A stretch of DNA of 64,000 nt, taken from an uncultured Clostridium sp. (lineage in GTDB: Bacteria > Bacillota > Clostridia > Oscillospirales > Acutalibacteraceae). Where the stretch lies: the NCBI GenBank assembly GCA_958422185.1, contig CATZNW010000002.1:53468-117467 (forward strand), written 5' to 3'. The notes under the pieces are model-generated. The model was given only the letters and a program-made list of their open reading frames with translations. It made no database searches and was not told the origin of the DNA. Below, in pieces: positions 49,313 through 58,094 of the stretch. Within the stretch, counting starts at the first letter, position 1, and every line of letters begins with the position of its first letter. The translations under genes were made by a program, and so were the position numbers.

Positions 49313-50395
49313 ATGGATTATCATATAGACCCCGCGGGCAAAATATGGAAAGAGGGAATGTTTTTCGTTCCCGCCGCGCTCGCGGAAAAATACATAAAGC
49401 TTGCAAGCGAATATCAGATAAAAGCGCTGCTGTATATCCTAAGTAGAAACGGAGTGGCAACTTCCGCGGAGATCTCAAAAAAACTCGGAATACCGCAGTC
49501 GGATGCGGAGAATATGATGGATTTCTGGATCGAAGAAGGCGTTTTGAACACCGGCGGGGAGAGCAGCTCAAATTATGTTCCCGCCGCGGGGATCGCCGCT
49601 TCTTCGGACGTGCGCAAAAGACCAAATCCGGATGTTGCGGCTTCAGGCGAAAAGGCGCCGGACGGCCAAACGAGCAAGGCTGAAAAAAAGCCCTCCGGGT
49701 CCGCAGGCGTAAACGCTCCTGTGCTTTCGCCCAAAGAGATCGTTGCGATCTGCTCTGAAAAACCGCAGATTGCGCAGCTTTTGAATGAGGCGCAGTCTGT
49801 TTACGGGCGCACCATCAGCCATTCGGAGCAGGAGATGATCGTGAATCTCACGGAATTTTACGGCATGCCGCCGGAGGTCGTTATGATGCTGCTTGCCTAC
49901 TGTGAAAATTTAAGGGCAAACGGCAGGGCTGTCAGCGCGGGATATTTTTATAAAACGGCGCAGAACTGGCTGGAGGACGGTATCGATACCCCCGCTCTTG
50001 CCGAGAACCGGATATGCGAGCTTGAAAAGACGGATTCCTTCTGGAAAAGCTTAAAGGACGCAGCCGGGTTTACAAGAAAATCCCCGACGGACAGACAGCT
50101 GGAGATGCTAACGCGCTGGAGAAGTGATTTTTCAGATGAACTGATTTTCCGCGCGGCTGAGATCATGAATGAAAATATAGACAAGCCCGACCTGAGATAT
50201 ATGGACAAGATCCTTAAAAACTGGAAAAAGGCGGGCATCGAGACGCCGGAGGACGCCAAACGCGAGAACGAGCATTTTGAACGTCAGAAAGCGCAGAAAG
50301 AAAAGAGCCGCCGCGGCGAGATCAGCCGTCCGCCATCCTATGATCTGGATAAGATCAAAAAGGATGCCCACAAGAATACAAAGATCAAATATTAA
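49313..50395 (+). CDS. DnaD-domain replication initiation/helicase-loading protein (B. subtilis DnaB/DnaD-like)
   Basis: Two DnaB_2/DnaD-type repeats (..GRTISHSEQEMIVNLTEFYGMPPEVVMMLLAYC.. and ..RQLEMLTRWRSDF..LIFRAAEI..RYMDKILKNWKKAGI). Confidence 0.8.
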   Translation: MDYHIDPAGKIWKEGMFFVPAALAEKYIKLASEYQIKALLYILSRNGVATSAEISKKLGIPQSDAENMMDFWIEEGVLNTGGESSSNYVPAAGIAASSDVRKRPNPDVAASGEKAPDGQTSKAEKKPSGSAGVNAPVLSPKEIVAICSEKPQIAQLLNEAQSVYGRTISHSEQEMIVNLTEFYGMPPEVVMMLLAYCENLRANGRAVSAGYFYKTAQNWLEDGIDTPALAENRICELEKTDSFWKSLKDAAGFTRKSPTDRQLEMLTRWRSDFSDELIFRAAEIMNENIDKPDLRYMDKILKNWKKAGIETPEDAKRENEHFERQKAQKEKSRRGEISRPPSYDLDKIKKDAHKNTKIKY

Positions 50396-50404
50396 GGAGC
50401 AGCT

Positions 50405-51373
50405 ATGCCTTACAGAAGCAATGTTTACCAAAAAGCGCTCAATATTTTGGAGCGCAGGCGCAGCAATGCAGAACTTGATCTGCAGCGGCGCACAGATGAA
50501 GCAATGAAAAAGATCCCGGAACTCGGGCAGATCCAGCAGGAACTGGCAAGAACGGGGCTTTCCGTTTCTACCCTGCTCTTTAGGGGGGAGAATGTTAAGG
50601 GCGAGATAGAAAAGTTAAAAGAAAAGAGTCTTGCTCTGCAAAAGCACAAGAAAGAGCTTCTTGTAAAAGCCGGGTTTGACGAGGACGCGCTGACCATTAA
50701 ATATGTTTGCCCGGTCTGCTCGGACACAGGCTTTACTCAGAATCGTATGTGCGCCTGCCACAGAGAACTTCTAAAGGAGATAGAACGGGATTCCATCCGC
50801 AAGAATGCACCGATAGATGAATGTACTTTTGAAACGTTCAATATCGGGTATTATCCGGACACGGCTGACGGTGGATTTTCGCCGCGTAAAAAAGCTGCGG
50901 AGATTCTTGAGGAGTGCCGCATGTACGCGCAGAGATTCACTCCGCATTCGCCGAATCTGATGTTCATGGGCTCAACCGGTCTCGGCAAAACACACCTCAG
51001 CCTTGCGATCGCCAATGTTGTGCTTAATAAAGGCTATTCCGTTATTTACGGCACCAGCCAGAATATTTTTTCCGATCTTCAGGATGAAAATTTCGGCAGA
51101 ACGGATAATATAAATTATAATGAGCATGATATTTTAGATGCGGATCTGCTTATTCTTGATGATCTCGGAACGGAATTCAGAAGCCTGTTTTCAGAGGCGT
51201 GCCTTTATAATATCGTAAACACGCGTATTTTGAAGAAGAAGGCAACTATAATAAGTACGAATTTCAGCTTTGATGATCTTGAAAGAGATTATAATCAAAG
51301 GGTAACGAGCCGCCTTGCCGGCGAATATTCCGTGCTGGAGCTGGAAGGCAACGATATAAGATATATTAAATAG
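50405..51373 (+). CDS. dnaI: DnaC/DnaI-type helicase loader ATPase
   Basis: N-terminal CxxC..C.C zinc motif (CPVCSDTGF..CAC), Walker A GSTGLGKTHLSLAIAN, Walker B LLILDDLG. Confidence 0.85.
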   Translation: MPYRSNVYQKALNILERRRSNAELDLQRRTDEAMKKIPELGQIQQELARTGLSVSTLLFRGENVKGEIEKLKEKSLALQKHKKELLVKAGFDEDALTIKYVCPVCSDTGFTQNRMCACHRELLKEIERDSIRKNAPIDECTFETFNIGYYPDTADGGFSPRKKAAEILEECRMYAQRFTPHSPNLMFMGSTGLGKTHLSLAIANVVLNKGYSVIYGTSQNIFSDLQDENFGRTDNINYNEHDILDADLLILDDLGTEFRSLFSEACLYNIVNTRILKKKATIISTNFSFDDLERDYNQRVTSRLAGEYSVLELEGNDIRYIK

Positions 51374-51545
51374 TTTCTTATTCAAAAAGACGGATACATA
51401 ATGATCTGCAAAGGGGGGCAGAGCGCTGAAGAAATATACCTATTTTGACGAGGAGTGGGACGATTATATCGCTTCTGCTAACTCCCGCCGTTTTGCCGTA
51501 CCGGAGATCGATATAAGCTTTATAAAAGCACAGGCAAAGGATATT

Positions 51546-53048
51546 TTGGAGGAATTAAGACGGCTTACCCCCGCCAAAGCAAAGGCAGTATTAAAAAAAG
51601 TTTTTGTTAAAATAAGAAATGCCGCCGGCGGCGTCTCAATCGGCTTCAGAGCGGGGATCACTTTGCTGCTGGCTGCGGCTTTGGTCATTACTCCCGTTGT
51701 TTTTTATCTTGATCTGAGCGGGGATAACAGAAATGAGGACCGGTTTGACGGCGATGCCGCCGAGGTCTGCGCCAACATTATAGGCGAATACGGTTCCGCA
51801 AAAACAGAGCAGACAGATACTTCCGGCGAGATCTACCGCATGGCCGGGCTTTCGTTTGCCCGCGAGGTGGATTTTGATTCAAACGGAATATCCGAACTGC
51901 TTATTGCTTTCAGAAGCGGCAGCGCTTATCAGGTTGAAGTGTGGGGTTACGACGGCGGCGATTTTATCCGTATGTATTCGCACGCCGCAAACGCGGCGGC
52001 TGACCGTCCGGATATAGGGAACTGGATCTCGCTTTACCGCCGCAGCGGCAGATTCTATATAGGGGAGCTGTCTGCGGAAGACGGAAAATCCATGGAGCTT
52101 TTTGGTCTGAGCGGTTCGGAATTTAAAAGTTCCCGTGCCTGCGAGTATGATCCGGTCAACGATATCTATGCGGTGGGCGGCAAAATGAACACATCGGATT
52201 TTGAAACGATCAGACTTTCAAATATCAGTGCGTCCAGGGCAGAGGATCTGCTGGATTCGATCTCCGCCGCCATAGACAGCTTCGGCGGAACGCAGGAGGG
52301 CGCGCTGCCCGTTTCGGCAAAATCCGGCGAGCAGCTTATGGCCGAGGCCTATTCAAATATAGTGCAGGATTATATTTCCAAATTCGGTGAACCTAAGTAT
52401 GATTCGGATTCACGTATCTGCTTTGCGGACGGACTCTGCGTTGCCGATCTCATGGATTTTGACGGGGACGGTGTAGATGAGCTGCTAACAGTATACAGGT
52501 TCAATAAAAAAGTCTCCGCCTCTGATGAAGACGGCAATCATGTGCTGGAGACGGAGCCGGAATACAAAATGGAAGCGTTTAGGTGGAACGGTCATTCTGC
52601 CGTGAAAGTGTATGACAATGAAGGCGTTTCCCGAATGCAGGATCCCGATGATCCGGAATGCTTTTATATCCTGCGTAAAAACGGGTCAAAAACAGATATC
52701 TGCCGCAATACATATACTTATAACGAGCGGACGAAGCGTATCTGGAAAGGTACCAGCCGAATAAGCGAGATGGATGAAAACGGCAGCTTTTGCGCTTCGT
52801 TTTTGGCAGAGATCAACAGTAATTACGGCTACAATACCTATCAGTTCAACGGTGAGCGGGTATACCGCCGTGAGTTCAACGAAAGCGGCTATACCGTGCC
52901 TTATTTCTGCAACGAGGATGATTATGACGAGGATCAGTTTACCGTAATCTATCTTCAGGGGTTCTCGGACCGAGGCGCCGATATTCAAAAACGCCTTTCG
53001 CAGACGGAAAAGAATGTGGAAGAGATCCGCTCCGCCGTTAATGTTTAA
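51546..53048 (+). CDS. Membrane-anchored protein of unknown function with DFDxxGxxELL (FG-GAP/VCBS-like) motifs; N-terminus uncertain
   Basis: TTG start 4-5 nt after AAAGGA; TM helix ITLLLAAALVITPVVFYL; motifs DFDSNGISELLIAF and DFDGDGVDELLTVY. The same frame is open for 47 more codons upstream. Confidence 0.6.
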   Translation: MEELRRLTPAKAKAVLKKVFVKIRNAAGGVSIGFRAGITLLLAAALVITPVVFYLDLSGDNRNEDRFDGDAAEVCANIIGEYGSAKTEQTDTSGEIYRMAGLSFAREVDFDSNGISELLIAFRSGSAYQVEVWGYDGGDFIRMYSHAANAAADRPDIGNWISLYRRSGRFYIGELSAEDGKSMELFGLSGSEFKSSRACEYDPVNDIYAVGGKMNTSDFETIRLSNISASRAEDLLDSISAAIDSFGGTQEGALPVSAKSGEQLMAEAYSNIVQDYISKFGEPKYDSDSRICFADGLCVADLMDFDGDGVDELLTVYRFNKKVSASDEDGNHVLETEPEYKMEAFRWNGHSAVKVYDNEGVSRMQDPDDPECFYILRKNGSKTDICRNTYTYNERTKRIWKGTSRISEMDENGSFCASFLAEINSNYGYNTYQFNGERVYRREFNESGYTVPYFCNEDDYDEDQFTVIYLQGFSDRGADIQKRLSQTEKNVEEIRSAVNV

Positions 53049-53073
53049 ACGGACACACAATAGAATATTTGTC

Positions 53074-53116
53074 AAAAAGCAAGGGCTTTCCAAACGGAAA
53101 GCCCTTGCTCGTTTTT
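53074..53116. terminator. Bidirectional terminator between the unknown 500-aa gene and leuB
   Basis: AAAAA-GCAAGGGCTTTCC-aaac-GGAAAGCCCTTGC-TCGTTTTT. Confidence 0.85.
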
Positions 53117-53136
53117 GATTATAATTATTCTATGGT

Positions 53137-54207
53137 TTACAGCAAAGACGCAACAAGATCGCCCATTTCGGAGGTGGTAACTTTTTTAAAACCGTCCTCA
53201 TAGATATCGGGCGTTCTTGCCTGGGTCAGGGCCGTGTCTACCGCCTTTTCTATGGCGTCCGCCGCCTCGCTCTCGCCGAACGTGTAGCGCAGCATCATTG
53301 CGCCTGAGAGGATGGTAGCAAGCGGATTTGCCTTTTGCTGACCGGCGATATCCGGGGCAGAGCCGTGGATCGGTTCGTAAAGCCCAAATGTGCCTTTGGC
53401 AAGGGACGCGGATGCAAGCATGCCGATAGAACCGCTTATCATGGAAGCCTCGTCGGAAAGAATGTCTCCGAACATATTTGATGTTACGATCGTATCAAAC
53501 TGGCCCGGATTGCGCACAAGCTGCATTGCGCAGTTGTCTACATACATATAGGAAAGTTCAACTTCCGGGTAATCCGCCTTGACTCTCTCGGCAACTTTGC
53601 GCCAGAGCCTGGAGGAATCAAGCACGTTTGCCTTGTCTACACAGGTGAGTTTCCTGTTTCTCTTCATGGCGTATTCAAATCCCGCGCGCAGGATCCTCTC
53701 GATTTCGGGAACAGTGTAGCGCTCCGTATCATAAGCGCCCTCAACACCGTCTTTTTCATAAGTGCCGCGGTCGCCGAAATAGATTCCGCCGGTCAGTTCA
53801 CGGACGATCAGGATATCCAGCCCGTCGCCGATGATCTCTTCTTTAATGGGAGACGCGTCCTTTAGCGGAGCAAAGATCTTCGCCGGGCGCAGATTCGCAA
53901 AAAGCCCCAGCGATTCCCTGATTGCAAGCAGACCGGCCTCCGGGCGGTTATTGCCGGGCTGAGAGTCCCATTTCGGTCCGCCGACAGCGCCTAAAAGCAC
54001 CGCGTCGGAAGCCTTGCAGGCCACTTCTGTTTCCGTTGGGTACGGCACACCGGTCGCGTCTATCGCGCAGCCGCCGAGCAGCTGATAATTATAGTCAAAT
54101 TTAAATCCGAATTTTTCGCCTGCCGCGTCAAGCACTTTAATGCATTCGTCAACTATTTCCGGGCCGATACCGTCGCCCTTCAGAACCGTGATCTTGTAAT
54201 TGCTCAT
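53137..54207 (-). CDS. leuB: 3-isopropylmalate dehydrogenase
   Basis: [16 protein letters not shown].., NLRP.., ..[22 protein letters not shown]. Confidence 0.96.
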   Translation of the reverse strand: MSNYKITVLKGDGIGPEIVDECIKVLDAAGEKFGFKFDYNYQLLGGCAIDATGVPYPTETEVACKASDAVLLGAVGGPKWDSQPGNNRPEAGLLAIRESLGLFANLRPAKIFAPLKDASPIKEEIIGDGLDILIVRELTGGIYFGDRGTYEKDGVEGAYDTERYTVPEIERILRAGFEYAMKRNRKLTCVDKANVLDSSRLWRKVAERVKADYPEVELSYMYVDNCAMQLVRNPGQFDTIVTSNMFGDILSDEASMISGSIGMLASASLAKGTFGLYEPIHGSAPDIAGQQKANPLATILSGAMMLRYTFGESEAADAIEKAVDTALTQARTPDIYEDGFKKVTTSEMGDLVASLL

Positions 54208-54219
54208 TTTATTTTCTCC

Positions 54220-55953
54220 TTATTTTTCAAAAATGCCGGGCATTGTATCGTCGCGCACACAGTCCGGCTGGTCCCTGTTTATGGCGCAGATGATACCTTT
54301 AAGAGACGCATAGCCTATGTTGTGTGATACGCCTATTCCGAAAACGTCCTTGCCCTGCGGATTCTTTAAATGGATATAAGAAATAGCCTTTGAATCTTCG
54401 CCGACGGAGATTGCGTGTTCGCTGTAATCAACAAACTGATAACCGGTGATACCCACCTGGCCGAGCGCGTTGAAGAACGCTTCAATGGGTCCGCTTCCTT
54501 TGCCGTCTATCTTAACAAGTTTGCCGTCTCTTACTTTGATCTCACCCTCAAAATGAACGCGGGTAAGATACTCGTTTTCCTCTTTTTCCTCAGATGTCTT
54601 GTGGTTCATTATCCTGTAAGGGCCAACAACGTTTCTGTATTCTTTCTGGAACAGGTCAAAAACTTCGCCCGGTTTAAGCTCCTTGCCCTTGATATCGCAT
54701 GCGTGCTTAACGATCGCGCCGAATTCGGTATGCATCGCCTTGGGCATTTTTATGCCGTAATCCGTGGAAAGAATAAATGCCGCGCCGCCTTTTCCGCTCT
54801 GTGAGTTGATCCTGATTACCGGTTCATATTCTCTGCCGACGTCAGCCGGATCTATCGGAAGATAAGGCACTTCCCAATAATCGGAATTCGTTTCTTCCAT
54901 ATAGATCTTTCCCTTATTGATAGCGTCCTGATGAGAACCGGAAAATGCCGTGAAAACAAGTTCGCCCGCATACGGCTGGCGCGGCGGCACTTTCATCTTC
55001 GTTGTGCGCTCATAAACGTCTTTGATCTTATTTATGTCGTGAAAATCAAGTTGCGGGTCAACGCCCTGCGTCCACATGTTAAGAGCAAGGGTAACAAGGT
55101 CTACGTTGCCCGTTCTCTCGCCGTTGCCGAAAAGCGTGCCCTCAACCCTGTCTGCTCCCGCCATGAGCGCAAGCTCTGTTGCCGCAACGCCTTCTCCGCG
55201 GTCATTGTGGGGGTGAAGCGAAATGATGCACGCGTCCCTGTTGCTGATATGGCGGCAGAAGTATTCTATCTGATCGGCATAGCCGTTGGGCGTTGAACAC
55301 TCAACCGTGGACGGCAGATTAAGAATGATCGGGTTTTCAGGTGTTGCGCCCATGACCTTCATTACTTCCTCGCAGATCCGGACGGAATTGTCAATCTCCG
55401 TTCCCGTAAAGGATTCGGGTGAATATTCGTAGCGGATATTCATGTCCGGATATTTTTTTAGTTCCTCGTCAGTAAGCTCTTTTATGAGTTTAGCGCCCTC
55501 AACCGCTATGTCTATAACGCCCTGCATATCCGTTTTGAAAACTACCTTGCGCTGCAGGGTAGAGGTTGAATTGTAAAAATGAACGATAACGTTTTTTGCT
55601 CCGTCTATAGCCTCAAAAGTTTTTTTGATAAGGTGCGGACGCGCCTGAACGAGTACCTGGATCGTAACATCGTCAGGAATATAGTTGCCCTCAATAAGAG
55701 TCCTGAGGATCTCGTATTCCGTTTCCGAGGCGGACGGGAAACCCACTTCGATCTCTTTAATTCCAATATCGATAAGCGTTTTGAAAAGCTCAAGCTTTTC
55801 TTCAAGATTCATCGGGTCAACAAGCGCTTGATTACCGTCCCTCAGATCTACCGAACACCAGACGGGCGCCTTTGTAATGGTCTTATCCGGCCATGTTCTG
55901 TCCGGAATGTTGATTGGCTTGAAGGGAATATACTTTTTGTATCCTTTAAGCAT
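54220..55953 (-). CDS. leuA: 2-isopropylmalate synthase (long form)
   Basis: RTWPDKTITKAPVWCSVDLRDGNQAL.., HPHNDRGEG.., C-terminal regulatory domain. The start was set at the ATG at 55953, 8 nt after AAAGGAG. Confidence 0.94.
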   Translation of the reverse strand: MLKGYKKYIPFKPINIPDRTWPDKTITKAPVWCSVDLRDGNQALVDPMNLEEKLELFKTLIDIGIKEIEVGFPSASETEYEILRTLIEGNYIPDDVTIQVLVQARPHLIKKTFEAIDGAKNVIVHFYNSTSTLQRKVVFKTDMQGVIDIAVEGAKLIKELTDEELKKYPDMNIRYEYSPESFTGTEIDNSVRICEEVMKVMGATPENPIILNLPSTVECSTPNGYADQIEYFCRHISNRDACIISLHPHNDRGEGVAATELALMAGADRVEGTLFGNGERTGNVDLVTLALNMWTQGVDPQLDFHDINKIKDVYERTTKMKVPPRQPYAGELVFTAFSGSHQDAINKGKIYMEETNSDYWEVPYLPIDPADVGREYEPVIRINSQSGKGGAAFILSTDYGIKMPKAMHTEFGAIVKHACDIKGKELKPGEVFDLFQKEYRNVVGPYRIMNHKTSEEKEENEYLTRVHFEGEIKVRDGKLVKIDGKGSGPIEAFFNALGQVGITGYQFVDYSEHAISVGEDSKAISYIHLKNPQGKDVFGIGVSHNIGYASLKGIICAINRDQPDCVRDDTMPGIFEK

Positions 55954-55983
55954 AATAAAAACTCCTTTCTTTATGAAGGGCAT

Positions 55984-56225
55984 AAAAAATACGCCCCCAT
56001 TTGATATAGGGGCGTAGAAGATTCTACACGGTACCACCCTACTTCAGCGGAAAATTCCGCCCTTCAGCATCAACAAATGCCTTAACGAATAACGCCGTTA
56101 CGCGTCCGCCCCTATCCTGAGTTTTCAGGGCGGCAACTCCGCGGAGAGCTATGCACCGTAATTCCTGTACCGGCTTTCACCGCCCGCCGGCTCTCTGAAC
56201 CTCAAATTACAGTCTTTTTCCGCAT
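55984..56225 (-). promoter_or_regulatory. T-box riboswitch leader of leuAB (presumably tRNA-Leu responsive) with terminator
   Basis: On the minus strand: GCGATG.. stem I start, AGAGAG box (56191-56196), T-box sequence GTAGGGTGGTACCGTG (about 56028-56043), and terminator TACGCCCC-tatatcaaat-GGGGCGTA plus TTTTTT (55984-56016). Leu codons UUA and CUC both occur on the 3' side of stem I. Confidence 0.85.
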
Positions 56226-56276
56226 CGCAGTCTTTTTTGGGTAATATTACATTTACCAAACCATTCGGTTAAAATC

Positions 56277-56304
56277 ATTATAGCACATAGATCTTAAAAG
56301 TCAA
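56277..56304 (-). promoter_or_regulatory. SigA promoter for the leuA T-box leader
   Basis: On the minus strand: TTGACT (56299-56304), 16 nt spacer, TATAAT (56277-56282). Confidence 0.7.
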
Positions 56305-56404
56305 GCGCCATATTTTGCCGTGAGCGGAGCTTGTGAGTGAAAATGAACCGTCAGGCGAATGCGCAGCACAGGCCCCGGTTTTAATATTGCGGCAGCCGTT
56401 TTAT

Positions 56405-56560
56405 TTATATTATTCCGCCCTTCTGGAAAATGTTATAGTGTAGTTTTTTGAGACCGGCCTGTATACCATGGAAAGAAAATGATTTACGGCGGATGAAAGC
56501 GTTTTGCATTCGTATTCTGTTGTTCCATTTTTTGGGTCCTGATTTGTAATTATAAACATA
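56405..56560 (-). CDS. Candidate 51-aa basic protein, divergent from the small XRE gene
   Basis: Hand-translated: MFIITNQDPKNGTNRIRMQNAFIRRKSFSFHGIQAGLKKLHYNIFQKGGII. The ATG is 5 nt after AGAGGTGA. No recognisable domain. Confidence 0.3.
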   Translation of the reverse strand, partial: YVYNYKSGPKKWNNRIRMQNAFIRRKSFSFHGIQAGLKKLHYNIFQKGGII

Positions 56561-56595
56561 ATTTCACCTCTGAATGTATTTGTCCTCTAAAGATT

Positions 56596-56640
56596 ATACC
56601 CCAAAATTGTACTGTTGTCAATACCCCAAAATCGTACTGT
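56596..56640. repeat. Tandem 20-bp direct repeats (25-bp period), a putative operator in the divergent promoter region
   Basis: ATACCCCAAAATTGTACTGT (56596-56615), tgtca, ATACCCCAAAATCGTACTGT (56621-56640). Confidence 0.8.
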
Positions 56641-56667
56641 GATAAAATGGCTTCAGAGGTGTTTTCA

Positions 56668-56889
56668 ATGATTTATAAAAGATTAAAAGACCTGCGTGAG
56701 GATCATGATCTGCTGCAAAAAGATATCGCTAAAGTTCTTGGAACTACGCAAAAGCAGTACAGCAGATGGGAAACCGGCGAATCCGAAATACCGTTTCATA
56801 ACGTTATTAGATTAGCAAAATATTATAATGTTACGATTGATTTTATAGCGGGAATTACCGATTCGCCGCATCCTCTGCCGAGAAGATAA
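56668..56889 (+). CDS. Small XRE-family HTH transcriptional regulator (73 aa)
   Basis: MIYKRLKDLREDHDLLQKDIAKVLGTTQKQYSRWETGESEIPFHNVIRLAKYYNVTIDFIAGITDSP. The ATG is 7 nt after AGAGGTG. Confidence 0.85.
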   Translation: MIYKRLKDLREDHDLLQKDIAKVLGTTQKQYSRWETGESEIPFHNVIRLAKYYNVTIDFIAGITDSPHPLPRR

Positions 56890-57052
56890 TACAATATGTT
56901 AAATGAAGAGCACGCCTGCCCCGGCGCGCCTCAGACTGCCGATAAAGCCGGCTGAACCGCGCAGTATACACTCAATATTTAAATCACAGTGTAATAATGA
57001 ACAGCAAGAAAATTACGTTAGCAGAAATGCAATGAACATATCCGGACCAGAT

Positions 57053-57178
57053 AAACGCCGCATGAACCACGTGTTCATGCGGCGTTTGCGCTTTCCCTTT
57101 TTTGCTTGGGGCAGTATCTTTGTACGGCTCCCGCTCGCAAGAAAACGGAGTTCATCTCGATTTCTCGCGGTCTGATCT
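57053..57178 (-). repeat. Copy 3 (core plus terminal hairpin only) of the three-copy structured intergenic element
   Basis: The reverse complement aligns with copies 1 and 2 from ..CAGACCGCGAGAAATCGAG.. through AAACGCCGCATGAAC..GTTCATGCGGCGTTT. The 5' hairpin domain is absent or diverged. Confidence 0.8.
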
Positions 57179-57219
57179 GCGCGCGGTAAATTGTATTTGC
57201 GGTTATGTTCGTATAGCTT

Positions 57220-57822
57220 TTAAGGCAGGGTGGAATAGCCGTGGCCGTTTGCAATGCCTTTAACCGGCACGCCCTGCTTGCAGAGCGGGCATTCGTGCTT
57301 GCCGTAAACGCGGTAACCCGGCAGATCGTTTTGAGTAAAAATGGAATTTACCTCTATTCCCGCAATGCTTTTGGTTGCGCTGAAAGCTGCTGTCACGCCA
57401 ACGGCAGTGCCTCCGTAGTAATTTACGCTTTCTATTGCGCGCTGTACGGTCTTGCCGCTCGTTATGCAGGAGATAAGCACAAGCACTTTTTTGCCGTGTA
57501 TCATTCTTTTCAGGTTATCACGGAAGATCATATTCCCCGCCGCGTCATATTCAGGCCCGAGCACATATATTTCGCCCTGCGGATTCGGCTGAAGCATGCT
57601 CGGACGTGACAGCTCATGGGCAATATACGCTCCCAGCGCCTGCGTTTCATAGAGGCACAGCACGGTGTCGATCTTAATGTCGCGCTCAATATAATACTGC
57701 GCCATCAGCATTGCCGCGTCAACGGAAACGGAATGGTTGTGCTTTATATCTGAGGTGCCTACATAGTAGTTAATGTGTGCGTTTTCCGTTATAAAATGCC
57801 CTTCGGTAACACGGATAAACAC
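57220..57822 (-). CDS. Phosphoribosyltransferase-fold protein (type I PRTase-like), atypical; N-terminus uncertain
   Basis: PRPP-loop-like KKVLVLISCITSGKTV and a C-terminal CPLCKQG motif. GTG start has no SD, and the frame stays open for 26 codons upstream. Confidence 0.6.
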   Translation of the reverse strand: MFIRVTEGHFITENAHINYYVGTSDIKHNHSVSVDAAMLMAQYYIERDIKIDTVLCLYETQALGAYIAHELSRPSMLQPNPQGEIYVLGPEYDAAGNMIFRDNLKRMIHGKKVLVLISCITSGKTVQRAIESVNYYGGTAVGVTAAFSATKSIAGIEVNSIFTQNDLPGYRVYGKHECPLCKQGVPVKGIANGHGYSTLP

Positions 57823-58094
57823 TTTCTGGTCGCGTTCGGAAGTGATAATAATATTGTTTTCCGTAAGATCAGCCCCTTTTATTGTGATGATGTTTTGCTG
57901 TTATTGTCCGTTTGGCAAGTCAGCATATCGCTTTCTGTATTTTTAGTTTACTATATTATTATGCGTGATTTCAATATAACCTAAGCCAAAAAAAATCAAC
58001 TTAATTTGTGCATTTTAAACAAAGCGCAGTTATGTATTTCCTGCAAAACAAGACCCCTTCTCGTTTGAGAAGGGGCAGTCTTATTTATAAAGCT

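Noticed and set aside
49313-51373. The DnaD-domain plus DnaC/IstB-like ATPase pair as a prophage or IS21-type mobile element.
   Set aside because: There is no transposase (IstA), integrase, or phage structural or regulatory gene nearby. The architecture (double DnaD repeat; DnaI-type N-terminal zinc motif) fits the chromosomal Firmicute helicase-loading pair.
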